DNA of 64,000 nt from positions 1,120,001 to 1,184,000 of the forward strand of contig CAVTCS010000003.1 of assembly GCA_963733295.1 (NCBI GenBank), in the 5' to 3' direction. A program made the position numbers and the translations under genes. This DNA is from Vulcanimicrobiota bacterium. GTDB taxonomy: Bacteria > Vulcanimicrobiota > Vulcanimicrobiia > Vulcanimicrobiales > Vulcanimicrobiaceae. Below, piece by piece: positions 19,016 to 27,632 of the stretch. The notes under the pieces are model-generated. The model had not been told where the DNA came from, did no database searches, and saw nothing but the letters and a program-made list of their open reading frames with translations. The stretch's first letter is position 1. The number at the start of each line of letters is the position of its first letter.

Positions 19016-20412
19016 ACGGTCGCATCTTCGGAACAGACGGGGTGCGAGGCGTTGCCAACGCCGACCTCACCCCGGAGCTGGGCTTGGCGCTTGGGCGTGC
19101 CGGGGCCGCGGTCGTCGGTCGCGGCGCCGGACCGGAACGTCCGTTTGTGGTCGGCCGGGATACGCGGATGTCCGGAACGATGCTCGAAGCAGCCGTCGTC
19201 GCCGGGATCACGTCGGCCGGCCGCGACGTCCTGCTCCTGGGCGTCGTGCCGACGCCCGGAGTCGCGCGGATTGCTGCGCTGATCGATGCAGCCGGTGGCG
19301 TGATGATCAGTGCTTCGCACAATCCGATCGAGGACAACGGGATAAAGTTCTTCGCTTCCGACGGCTTCAAGCTCAGCGACGAAGCCGAAGCCGAGATCGA
19401 AGCGATTCTCACCGGCGACGCCGAGTTGGCGCGACCGACCCATGAGGCTATCGGGGGTGCTCGAGGCGCACACGGTCTCATCGATCGCTACTTCGCGACG
19501 CTGCTCGAGGCCGGCGGTGATCTGCGAGGGCTGGTGGTCGTGCTCGATGTCGCCTTCGGCGCTGCGTATTCGATCGGACCGCGGGTCTTCGCCAAACTCG
19601 GTGCCGAGGTCGTTGCGTTGCACGCGGAAAACGACGGCTCGCGCATCAACGTCGGGTGCGGTTCGACCGATCTCGCGCCGTTGAGCGAACGAGTGCGCGA
19701 ACGCAAGGCCGAAGATCCCGGGGCGCGGATCATCGGCGCCGCATTCGACGGCGACGCGGACCGCGTGCTGTTCGTCGATGAGGCCGGTAACGCGTTGAGC
19801 GGGGACCACATCCTGCTTTTGCTCGCGCGGGAGAAGAAGCGACGCGGCGTGCTCTCGGAGGACACGGTAGTGGGTACCGTGATGAGCAACATCGGCCTCG
19901 AACGAGCGCTGCAACGCGACGAAATCCGGCTCGTCCGCGCCGCCGTCGGCGATCGGTACGTCCTCGAGACGTTGCGCGCGAACGGCTACGTTCTGGGCGG
20001 GGAACAATCCGGACACATCATCGATTTGGAGCAAACGACGACGGGCGATGGACTGCTGACCGCCGTTGGGGTTGCCTCACTGGTGGCGCGAGAAAACGCG
20101 AGTTTAGGCGAGCTCGTTTCCGACTTGCACGTCGCGCCGCAGATTTTGGTGAACGTTCAGACGGCGCGAAGGGACGTCTTAGGCGATCCCGCGGTGCTCG
20201 AGGCGATCGCCCGGGCCGAGCGCGAGCTCGGCGCATTAGGACGAATTCTCGTTCGGCCTTCCGGCACCGAACCGCTGATACGTGTGATGATCGAAGGTGA
20301 CGACCGCGCGCGCATCGACCGGCTCGCGGGCGAAGTGGCTCAGAGCGTTCGGACCGCTGTCCAAGCCAGCCGCGTCACACCTGGGGACGCTTCGGACCAT
20401 TTCATTCCGTGA
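19012..20412 (+). CDS. glmM: Phosphoglucosamine mutase
   Basis: FGTDGVRG, ISASHNP, FDGDADR, GGEQSGH, RPSGTEP. Confidence 0.96.
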   Translation: MNGRIFGTDGVRGVANADLTPELGLALGRAGAAVVGRGAGPERPFVVGRDTRMSGTMLEAAVVAGITSAGRDVLLLGVVPTPGVARIAALIDAAGGVMISASHNPIEDNGIKFFASDGFKLSDEAEAEIEAILTGDAELARPTHEAIGGARGAHGLIDRYFATLLEAGGDLRGLVVVLDVAFGAAYSIGPRVFAKLGAEVVALHAENDGSRINVGCGSTDLAPLSERVRERKAEDPGARIIGAAFDGDADRVLFVDEAGNALSGDHILLLLAREKKRRGVLSEDTVVGTVMSNIGLERALQRDEIRLVRAAVGDRYVLETLRANGYVLGGEQSGHIIDLEQTTTGDGLLTAVGVASLVARENASLGELVSDLHVAPQILVNVQTARRDVLGDPAVLEAIARAERELGALGRILVRPSGTEPLIRVMIEGDDRARIDRLAGEVAQSVRTAVQASRVTPGDASDHFIP

Positions 20413-20520
20413 CTACCCCGCGCAGGGAAACGGCGCCATCCGGGGTAACGGGACCTCACCGGCGCTCGCAAGAGGCCGGTATTCGTGAGCTTTGACTGAC
20501 GGATTTTCGCCATAGGCCTA

Positions 20521-20643
20521 TCGCCGAATCCGGTGCGTCCGGAGCGGGGGACTCCTCAGGTGGGGTGAATGCGCCGGTCGGCGCTAGGGCAACCCTTTCA
20601 GCCCGAACCCGTCAACTAACCTCGCAGGCGTCGAAAGAGGAGC
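20521..20643 (+). ncRNA. c-di-AMP (ydaO/yuaA) riboswitch
   Basis: Conserved blocks in order: CGCCGAATCC, GGGGGA, GGGGTGAAT, TAGGG, CCCGAACCCGTCAACTAACCTCGCAGGC, GAAAGAGGAG; directly 5' of an NlpC/P60 gene, a typical target. Confidence 0.92.
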
Positions 20644-20644
20644 A

Positions 20645-21373
20645 GTGCATCGATCTTTTGGAACGGCCATTGCCGCCGTTACTCTAGCGATAACACTTTC
20701 CGGAACTGCCGAAGCAAACGTCCGCATCGAGTCTGGAGCCGCATCGGCGCCGGCAGTTGCCGATGCAACCATCGCGATCGAACCCCCGGCGACCGTCTTA
20801 TCCGCGGGCCAGTCGTCACTCGACGCAACCCCCGCCTTCGTCGTCGTCTCGCCCGAATCACCGACGCGAACGCGCGATTTCGAAGCGCCGGTCGGCGCGC
20901 CCGTCGCGAACGCCGACTATCGCATGTGGTCTTCCGTTCCGCCGGGTAAGGCGAACGCGGCGATAGGACGTTTCGCGAGAGGCATCGTCATCCGGACGTC
21001 GTCGATCGCGATCAATCTCACCCGGAGCGCAATGCGCTTCATCGGTACGCCCTACGTATTCGGCGGCACGTCGCCTTCGGGCTTCGACTGTTCGGGATAC
21101 GTCCAGCACGTTTTCGCGATGGTCGGTCTTCACGTTCCGCGCACCGCGGATGCGCAATACTATGAAGGGCACCGGCCCCTTGGCGGCATCGCCGCGGGCG
21201 ATCTCGTGTTCTTCCAGACGTACCTTCCCGGCCCATCACACGTCGGGATTTACCTCGGAAACGGGAAGTTCGTGCACAGTTCGAGTCACGGCGTTGAAGT
21301 CAGCCGTCTCGGCGACAACTATTGGGCCTCGCGCTACATCGGCGCGAAGCGGTACGCCCCCAAAAAACACTAG
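20645..21373 (+). CDS. Secreted NlpC/P60 (C40) cell-wall peptidase
   Basis: Signal peptide; GTPYVFGG, GFDCSG, GDLVFF, SHVGIY, FVHSS. Confidence 0.92.
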   Translation: MHRSFGTAIAAVTLAITLSGTAEANVRIESGAASAPAVADATIAIEPPATVLSAGQSSLDATPAFVVVSPESPTRTRDFEAPVGAPVANADYRMWSSVPPGKANAAIGRFARGIVIRTSSIAINLTRSAMRFIGTPYVFGGTSPSGFDCSGYVQHVFAMVGLHVPRTADAQYYEGHRPLGGIAAGDLVFFQTYLPGPSHVGIYLGNGKFVHSSSHGVEVSRLGDNYWASRYIGAKRYAPKKH

Positions 21374-21387
21374 ACTCTCGGCAGAAA

Positions 21388-21423
21388 CGAAGTCTCCGGC
21401 TCCGGCCGGGGACTTCGCCATTT
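21388..21423 (+). terminator. Probable intrinsic terminator
   Basis: 13-bp stem CGAAGTCTCCGGC/GCCGGGGACTTCG (one G-U), 4-nt loop, weak U tract. Confidence 0.55.
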
Positions 21424-21581
21424 GGCGGGAGTGTGGCCCGTCGCTCTAACGTGTAAGGGGAGCCGACCTGGGTCGGCGATGCTCCTGGCTCGTTGCTGCT
21501 ACCATCGTCTCCGGAGGTAGCGTCGAGTCATGAAAACGTCCGAAACTGCCCGCGGCGGAAGGGGAAGGAGCGTTCGTTGCT

Positions 21582-22172
21582 GTGACTAGCGTGTTCGCGC
21601 TCCAGCCGTCGGTTTACGTGCCGCTGTCAATTGGCTTTTTTGGGCTCGCCACGGGCTATTTCATTTGGGGCGGCCAAGAGCTGTTCGATTGGCCGAAGTC
21701 GAGCCCTGAAGTCGACAAGAGCATGGGCATGTGGGCGTTTTGGATGCCCGGCTTCATGCAGCTCGTCGCCGGAACGTACATTTTCGTCGGCTTGACCTGG
21801 TTCCAAGTATTCAAAGGCGCGCCGCTCTACATGGCCGGACTGGCGTTCACGGCCTACGGCGTTCACTGGTTTGCGATGGGTCATCGGCGCTTCATAGGTT
21901 CGGACTCGCGGCCCGACGCCTGGATGGCCCTCGCCTTCTGTCTGATCTCGCTGTTGGGGCTCTTGGTCTTTGTGTCGGCGGGAGACATTCCGGTAGCGCT
22001 GATCTTCCTCGGTCTGCTGCTCATCTACATCTCTGACGCGATCTGGAAGTTCGGCATCGTCAAGACTCCGAAACTGATTGGGTTTTGGCACTGCATCACC
22101 GGAATTTGGCTGATGTATTGCATGTTCGCCGCAACGTTTGACGCTTCGCTCGATGCGCACTGGTGGCTCTGA
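21582..22172 (+). CDS. Six-TM membrane protein, possible AmiS/UreI- or SatP-like channel
   Basis: About six aromatic-rich hydrophobic helices (WMPGFMQ, AFTAYGVHWF); SD AAGGAG. Family call is tentative. Confidence 0.5.
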   Translation: MTSVFALQPSVYVPLSIGFFGLATGYFIWGGQELFDWPKSSPEVDKSMGMWAFWMPGFMQLVAGTYIFVGLTWFQVFKGAPLYMAGLAFTAYGVHWFAMGHRRFIGSDSRPDAWMALAFCLISLLGLLVFVSAGDIPVALIFLGLLLIYISDAIWKFGIVKTPKLIGFWHCITGIWLMYCMFAATFDASLDAHWWL

Positions 22173-22186
22173 TCAAAGAGGACTTG

Positions 22187-22627
22187 ATGCTTTCGCTCGC
22201 CTGCATCGGAGTCTTCATTGGACTGCTGTTTGCTTTGAGGTTGAAACCTTGGCGGCACTGGCGCTGGGGTGGTCTACTCGCGGGTCGCTCCATGAATCGC
22301 GCCGCGGCGCGGCGGGCGATCGCCAACATCGAAGTTGCACTGTGGGGGTCAGCCCCGCATACGAAAAGAGAGCTTGACGAGGCCGGCGTCGGCGGCGCCG
22401 CTCGCGGCGCTGCGCGGGCGCAGCAGCAGTCTTCGGATGTGGGCTCTCCGGCGAAGTCTTCGGCAAAGATCGCGGTCGATCGGGAAGAGGGCACCGCTGC
22501 GGTGTCGCCGGCGCCGCGTGTTACTCGTCGCCGGCCTCGTCATTCGGGCCGGCGCTGGCGCTATTTTAGTGAAGGATTAATTCGCCCGGACAAACGACCT
22601 TCACGCACAAAGCGACCTGTTCGTTGA
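22187..22627 (+). CDS. Hypothetical protein with N-terminal TM helix
   Basis: SD AGAGGA before the ATG and a hydrophobic N-terminus; the C-terminal part is low-complexity. Confidence 0.35.
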   Translation: MLSLACIGVFIGLLFALRLKPWRHWRWGGLLAGRSMNRAAARRAIANIEVALWGSAPHTKRELDEAGVGGAARGAARAQQQSSDVGSPAKSSAKIAVDREEGTAAVSPAPRVTRRRPRHSGRRWRYFSEGLIRPDKRPSRTKRPVR

Positions 22628-22682
22628 TAGAGTCCTAAGTCGTCGTCTCGGCCAGCCGCGCGAGGCAGCAAGGAGTTATGTT

Positions 22683-23954
22683 TTGGGAACCCCTTCGATT
22701 TCTCGGGAGTCCTTTATCAAGGGGGCCGGCCTTGGCGCAGCGGCGCTCTGCGCCGGCGTTCCGGCGTTCATTCCCCGACTCGGCGAGGCGGCCGATGCGG
22801 TCAAGATCGGTCAGATCGCTGAACTGACCGGCGTCTACGTCGACATCTCGCAGCCCGAAGTTTACGGCGCGCAATTCGCGCTCGAGAAATGGAACGCCAA
22901 GGGCGGCGTCATGAGCCGGCCGGTCGAAGTCGTCGTCGAAGACGATCAGAACAATCCGGGCGTCGCCGTGGAAAAGATCCGCAAGCTGGTCCAAGTCGAC
23001 AAGGTCGACGCGTTGTTCGGCACCGTCAACAGCGCGATCGCGCTCTCCGCCAGCGGCGCCTCCCACGAGCTGGGCCAGCTCTACATCGTGACCGGCGGCC
23101 ATACGGACCCTGTCACCGGCAATCTTTGCCACTGGAACGTCTTCCGCACGTGCCACACCGCTTGGCAGGAGACGCAAGCCTCCGGCTTCTCGATCGCCAA
23201 GAAGTTTGGGAAGAACTGGTATCTGATCACCCCGGACTACGCGTTCGGTCATTCGCTCGCCGCCGGGTACGCCGCGGTCATCAAGCAGCTGGGCGGCCAG
23301 ATCGTCGCAAACGACCTGACGCCGCTAGGGACCAGCGATTTCAGCGCCTACATCACGAAGATGTCGACCGCTAAAGTCGACGCGATCATCGTGTTGCTTG
23401 CAGGCAGCGATTTCGTGAACTTTCTCAAGCAAGCCAGCGGGTACGGATTGCTCAAGAAGTTCCCGCTTGCGGGCCCGCAAGCCGAGCTCGAACCGTTTCT
23501 CGAGCTGCCGCCGGAATCGCGCGTCGGGTACTGGGGTATCGAGTGGTACTACAACAGCCCGATCGTCTTCGGCAAGAGCAACGCGGAGGCAACGGCCTTT
23601 GTCAAGAACTACATCGCGCGCCACCACACTCCGCCAAGTGCCCGCAGCGTCTTTGGCTACGTCTCACTCGACCGTATGCTGTGGGCGATGAACCAGGCAA
23701 AATCGCTCGATCCCGTCAAAGTCGCTAGGACTCTGGAGAACGTTCACTTCGAAACGGTCTGGGACGGTAGCGCCTACTACCGCGGCGTCGACCACCAACT
23801 CATGTGGCCGAACTACTTCGCCGAGATGCGTCCGAACGGAACCGCGACCGATAAATTCGACATCTTCAACGTGATCGACCGGCAGGTCCCCGAAAAGATC
23901 TCCAAGAGCGACGCCGAGCAGGCCCGGGTCTGTCATCTCGGCTATCCGTCCTAG
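22683..23954 (+). CDS. ABC substrate-binding protein, LIV/Peripla_BP_6 type (orphan)
   Basis: VKIGQI-x2-LTG, EDDQNNP, TPDYAFG, YYRGVDHQL; Tat-like leader; TTG 7 nt after AAGGAG. No permease adjacent. Confidence 0.88.
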   Translation: MGTPSISRESFIKGAGLGAAALCAGVPAFIPRLGEAADAVKIGQIAELTGVYVDISQPEVYGAQFALEKWNAKGGVMSRPVEVVVEDDQNNPGVAVEKIRKLVQVDKVDALFGTVNSAIALSASGASHELGQLYIVTGGHTDPVTGNLCHWNVFRTCHTAWQETQASGFSIAKKFGKNWYLITPDYAFGHSLAAGYAAVIKQLGGQIVANDLTPLGTSDFSAYITKMSTAKVDAIIVLLAGSDFVNFLKQASGYGLLKKFPLAGPQAELEPFLELPPESRVGYWGIEWYYNSPIVFGKSNAEATAFVKNYIARHHTPPSARSVFGYVSLDRMLWAMNQAKSLDPVKVARTLENVHFETVWDGSAYYRGVDHQLMWPNYFAEMRPNGTATDKFDIFNVIDRQVPEKISKSDAEQARVCHLGYPS

Positions 23955-24014
23955 CTAGCTGATCTCGATCCTAGTCGCGCCCGCAAGGGCGTGCCAGTCC
24001 GGGAGCAACGTCTA

Positions 24015-24422
24015 TCATCGAGCGCCGAGCGCAGAGGCGGCCTTCGCCACGTCCTCCGCGGCGAGGTAGATGATCGCGCCGAAGTGTCCGTGGCCGTCGG
24101 CGACCCCTTGCGCGGCTCCAATGGTCACGCCCGCCTGCGCGAGCGTGCCAAGCGCGTCCGCCATCGCCCCGGCGCGATCGTCGCCGGTGAGGTAGAGGAC
24201 CGTGGACGGCGCACCGACGTTGAGGTTGGCAGCCTTCGCTGCCGCGAGCAAGGCGCTGGGGTCTTCGACCGCGAGCTCCAGATTCGCTCGGCCCGAATCT
24301 CTGGAGTAACCCCAGATCGCGATGAGATTGAGCCTGCGCAGGCTCTCCAGGACGCGGGCTCCGCTGCCGACCGCGTCCTCGATCTCGAGCGAGAAATGTG
24401 CAACTTGTCGAACGTTGGCCAT
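24015..24422 (-). CDS. Tandem ACT-domain protein
   Basis: Two ACT-like repeats (IEDAVGSGARVL; GDDRAGAMADAL...AGVTI); SD AAAGGAG; extended -10 TGGTACAAT at 24457-24465. Confidence 0.7.
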   Translation of the reverse strand: MANVRQVAHFSLEIEDAVGSGARVLESLRRLNLIAIWGYSRDSGRANLELAVEDPSALLAAAKAANLNVGAPSTVLYLTGDDRAGAMADALGTLAQAGVTIGAAQGVADGHGHFGAIIYLAAEDVAKAASALGAR

Positions 24423-24713
24423 TGTGCGAGCTCCTTTCTGGCTTCCAGCAGACGGTATTGTACCACCGCGTTGCGCTTTCACGCAGCCCGCGTTTTCCCG
24501 GCACGCCGAGCTCACGCAGCGCTCGCGGAATTCGAACCGAATGGCCACGGCCACGTCCCTTGACGAGCGCCAGCAGCGAGGGGGGGCTTTCAAAAGGGAG
24601 ACCGCTTAGCGCCCAGAACCGCAGTTCGTCCCTCGGAGAGTTCGTGCGCAAGAGATGCGTCAAACAACCCGAGCGGAATACAAAATCCCGGAAACGCAGT
24701 AAAATCATCGCGT

Positions 24714-24785
24714 TGGGGTGTCGCCAAGTGGTAAGGCAGGGGACTTTGAATCCTCCATTCGTTGGTTCGAATCCAGCCACCCCAG
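24714..24785 (+). tRNA. tRNA-Gln (anticodon TTG), CCA not encoded
   Basis: Acceptor TGGGGTG/CACCCCA, D-arm GCCAAGTGGTAAGGC, anticodon arm GGGGA-CTTTGAA-TCCTC, T-arm GTTGG-TTCGAAT-CCAGC; -10 TAAAAT at 24700. Confidence 0.97.
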
Positions 24786-25015
24786 CAGATACCACGAGGG
24801 TTTGCGGCGCAACCAGGTTGGCGGGTAAAACTGCGTCACCAAGTCGTCACGACATTTTCAGGCGACGAGGTTGAGCCGAACGCGGCGCAGGTAGTCTCCG
24901 AAGAGGGCGTCAACGACCTTGGCCGCGCGCTCAGCGCTTTACCCCGCGGTATTCTCATGCAGGGCGATTGGCCGATCCGGCTGGCGAAACGGTTCCCGGC
25001 TGCGATGCTCCGGCA

Positions 25016-25042
25016 TGTCGATTTGCGGCCTGCCCCTTCGAC
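25016..25042 (+). promoter_or_regulatory. ECF42-type sigma promoter
   Basis: TGTCGA-N17-CGAC upstream of a DGPF/YciI gene, the known ECF42 target class. Confidence 0.6.
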
Positions 25043-25079
25043 GTCTGAGTAGAACACTCGAATCCAAGGAGCACCACAC

Positions 25080-25484
25080 ATGCGCTTTATGGTTCTGATT
25101 AAGGCCACCCCTCAGACCGAAGCCGGCGTTCTGCCGACTGCCGACGGTTTCGCGAAGATGGACGCCTTCTACGAACAGCTCGCCCAGGCAGGCGCGATCG
25201 CTGAAGGCGGCGCCGGCCTCAAGCCATCCTCCGCGGGCGCGCGGATCGATTTCCGGGGTACCAAGCCGCCGATTGTGACCGACGGACCGTTCACGGAAAC
25301 GAAGGAACTCATCGCCGGTTTCTGCGTGCTGCAAATGAAGTCGAAAGAAGAGGCGATCGAGTGGCTCTCGCGCGCCCCATTCGAATACGGCGACCAGATC
25401 GAGATCCGTCCGCTGTACGAAGCGGAAGACTTCGCGGGGATTGTTTTAGATGAAGTTCAGCCGAGCCAAAGCCAAGTCTGCTAA
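25080..25484 (+). CDS. YciI/DGPF family protein
   Basis: MRFMVLIKA, GLKPSS, VTDGPFTETKELIAGF, IEIRP. Confidence 0.9.
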   Translation: MRFMVLIKATPQTEAGVLPTADGFAKMDAFYEQLAQAGAIAEGGAGLKPSSAGARIDFRGTKPPIVTDGPFTETKELIAGFCVLQMKSKEEAIEWLSRAPFEYGDQIEIRPLYEAEDFAGIVLDEVQPSQSQVC

Positions 25485-25570
25485 AGGCTATCGCAGAGTT
25501 CTGTTTTTATATGGCTTTGCAAAGTCAATGTTTTCGGGGCTCTTCGACCATCGGTCCAGAAATGGCTTAG

Positions 25571-25616
25571 GGGACTTTTAATCCTCCATTCGTTGGTTCG
25601 AATGCAGCCACTCCAG
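25571..25616 (+). repeat. Degenerate copy of tRNA-Gln 3' half (att-like, copy 1)
   Basis: 43/46 identical to tRNA positions 24740-24785 (manual alignment). Confidence 0.9.
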
Positions 25617-25753
25617 ATTACAGCACAAGGCGTTACGCTGCAGTCGGGCGGCCCGCAAAACCGAAAAGGCAAAACGTCGCGTACCGGCAGAAGGTGCTGT
25701 TGTTACGCGGCGAAAGAAAGCCCGGGGCCGAGAATGCGCGTGAGGTATCTACG

Positions 25754-26296
25754 ATGCAGCGTTTGGATTTTCTCCGGTCGGTTGCAATCGCTTCAACGAT
25801 CGGGTTCGTTTCGCCGGAGGCCCAGGCGGCCGGTGCGAAGGCGGGCCCCGAGTGTCTCGCGGTCCTCGAAAAACACCGCAAGGGTATGCTTCCGTTCGAA
25901 CTTCCCGTCTTGGGTTCTAGCGATCAAACGATGAAGTCGAGCGAAATCCCGGGCAAAGCCGTTTGGCTGAACTTTTTTGCCAGTTGGTGCGGCGATTGCA
26001 CGGTCGAGATGCCGTCGCTCATCGCGATCGAAGCGAAGTACCGCGATTCCGGATTGACCGTGATCGGCATCGATGTGGACGAAACCGAACAGCGCGGGTC
26101 GGGTTTCCGAACGCAGTTCAAGATTCCGTATCCGATTCTAACGGATTCGGGTGGCCGCGTTTTCAGCATTCTTGGAACCGGGCATTTACCGACGCATCTC
26201 TTTTACAACGCCGACCGGGACCTTACGTGCCTCGGCCTCGAAGGCTTCACGGAAAAGGACATGGATAACGAGGTTTCGGTCGCGCTGGGTCTGTGA
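25754..26296 (+). CDS. TlpA-like thiol-disulfide oxidoreductase
   Basis: LNFFASWCGDC-x2-EMP, GIDVDE, cis-Pro LPTH; Tat-like leader. Confidence 0.88.
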   Translation: MQRLDFLRSVAIASTIGFVSPEAQAAGAKAGPECLAVLEKHRKGMLPFELPVLGSSDQTMKSSEIPGKAVWLNFFASWCGDCTVEMPSLIAIEAKYRDSGLTVIGIDVDETEQRGSGFRTQFKIPYPILTDSGGRVFSILGTGHLPTHLFYNADRDLTCLGLEGFTEKDMDNEVSVALGL

Positions 26297-26494
26297 CGGC
26301 GGCTAGGAGGGGTCGCCCTAAAGACGGGGGGGCAGGGTCTCCGCTTCGCGCCGGGGGCATTTTCGGGGGCCGAAGTTAACAAACCCAATGAAACGGCATG
26401 TAACCCTGGAAAACGGCCCTCAAACCCGCGCACGGAAAGATTTCATTAACTGCCTTCGTTCTGAATTTCTGTTGCGACCCGAGAGCGAGGACGA

Positions 26495-27271
26495 ATGACT
26501 GCAGCAAGGCCGACTTGGGACCTCGGCCGTCACGTGTTTGGAGTGGCGGCTTTGTGTTTAGGCCTCATCACGCTGGTCTGGCCCGACTACAGCGACTACG
26601 ATTCACCTCATGTTTTTTTGAACGTCGGCAATGGCCTCATCTTTGCCTACGTCGCAGCTGCCGCCCAAATCGTCGGCGGCGTTGCGATTCAGTTCGGCCG
26701 CACGGCGAAGACGGGCGCGGTTGTCCTCGGCGTCGTGTATCTTATCTTAGCCTTCCTGTTCGTGCCGCAAATCGTCGCCACACCGCTTGTCTTCGATCCG
26801 TGGGGCAACTTTTTCGAGCAGTTTTCGCTCGTGACCGGAGCAGTGCTCGTGTTCGCGCACGTGTCATCGGCGTGGGCACCGGCAACGCTCAATCGGGTCG
26901 CGCGCATTCTTTTTGGCATCTGTGCGGCCAGCTTTGCCATCTATCAGGCGGTTCATCCGGATTATACCGCTACGCTCGTTCCGAAGTGGTTTCCGCCTAG
27001 TCAGATGTTTTGGGTGTGGGCGACGACCGTTTTGTTCGGACTCGCGGCCTTGGCGCTGCTCGTGAATCGAGTGGCCTTGCTCGCGACCCGCCTACTGACG
27101 TTGATGATCGTCATCTTAGGGCTACTTGTGTGGGTACCGGCGATTGTTTCGAATCCCCACAGTCACTCGAATTGGAGCGAATGCTTCCTGACCTTCGCGA
27201 TTGCCGGAGCCGCGTGGATTGTCGCCGATCTCCTCGCCGAGTATCGTTCGAGTGACCATCGCGCGCGGTGA
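26495..27271 (+). CDS. Multi-pass membrane protein (DoxX-like repeats)
   Basis: About eight TMs; ARILFGIC, LVPKWFPPSQMFW, LLVWVP. Confidence 0.65.
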   Translation: MTAARPTWDLGRHVFGVAALCLGLITLVWPDYSDYDSPHVFLNVGNGLIFAYVAAAAQIVGGVAIQFGRTAKTGAVVLGVVYLILAFLFVPQIVATPLVFDPWGNFFEQFSLVTGAVLVFAHVSSAWAPATLNRVARILFGICAASFAIYQAVHPDYTATLVPKWFPPSQMFWVWATTVLFGLAALALLVNRVALLATRLLTLMIVILGLLVWVPAIVSNPHSHSNWSECFLTFAIAGAAWIVADLLAEYRSSDHRAR

Positions 27272-27311
27272 CGCGGGGCGGAGCGCGAACGATGCCGAAG
27301 GAAAAAACACC

Positions 27312-27596
27312 ATGCTCATTCAGTCCATTCACTACACCTTCGCTCCCGAAGACGCCGACAAAGCCGAAGCGATCTTCCGAGAGCTACGGGATGCGTCGCG
27401 GAAAGAAGAAGGCGTGATCGCCTTCGACGTCGCTCGAAGCAAAGAGAATCCGAACGTGTTTGCGCTATGGGAAGAGTATAGGGATAAAGCGGCTCTCGAA
27501 GAGCACATGGCGTCGGAGCACTTCAAGCGCCTAGCGATTGGCGGCGTGCGGCCGCTCGCGAAGCAAAGGGACGCAGCGACCGTCTTTCCCATCTGA
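27312..27596 (+). CDS. Putative quinol monooxygenase (ABM family)
   Basis: SRKEEG, FALWEEYRD-x-AALEEH-x2-SEHF. Confidence 0.85.
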   Translation: MLIQSIHYTFAPEDADKAEAIFRELRDASRKEEGVIAFDVARSKENPNVFALWEEYRDKAALEEHMASEHFKRLAIGGVRPLAKQRDAATVFPI

Positions 27597-27632
27597 GTTC
27601 AGAACGGACGTCTCGCTCGACCGGCGTCAGCT

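Noticed and set aside
20413..20520. glmS ribozyme expected after glmM
   Set aside because: No glmS gene or ribozyme consensus; the element present is the c-di-AMP riboswitch.
21455..21530. ANTAR dual-hairpin target upstream of the AmiS-like gene
   Set aside because: The loops are 4 and 12 nt and lack the hexaloop A1/G4 signature.
24466..24700. Intergenic stretch before tRNA-Gln considered as 6S or another ncRNA
   Set aside because: Only scattered short complementarities, with no convincing long hairpin or family motif.
25571..25616. Second functional tRNA (apparent TTT anticodon)
   Set aside because: The 5' half is absent and the T-stem is disrupted; it is an att-like scar.
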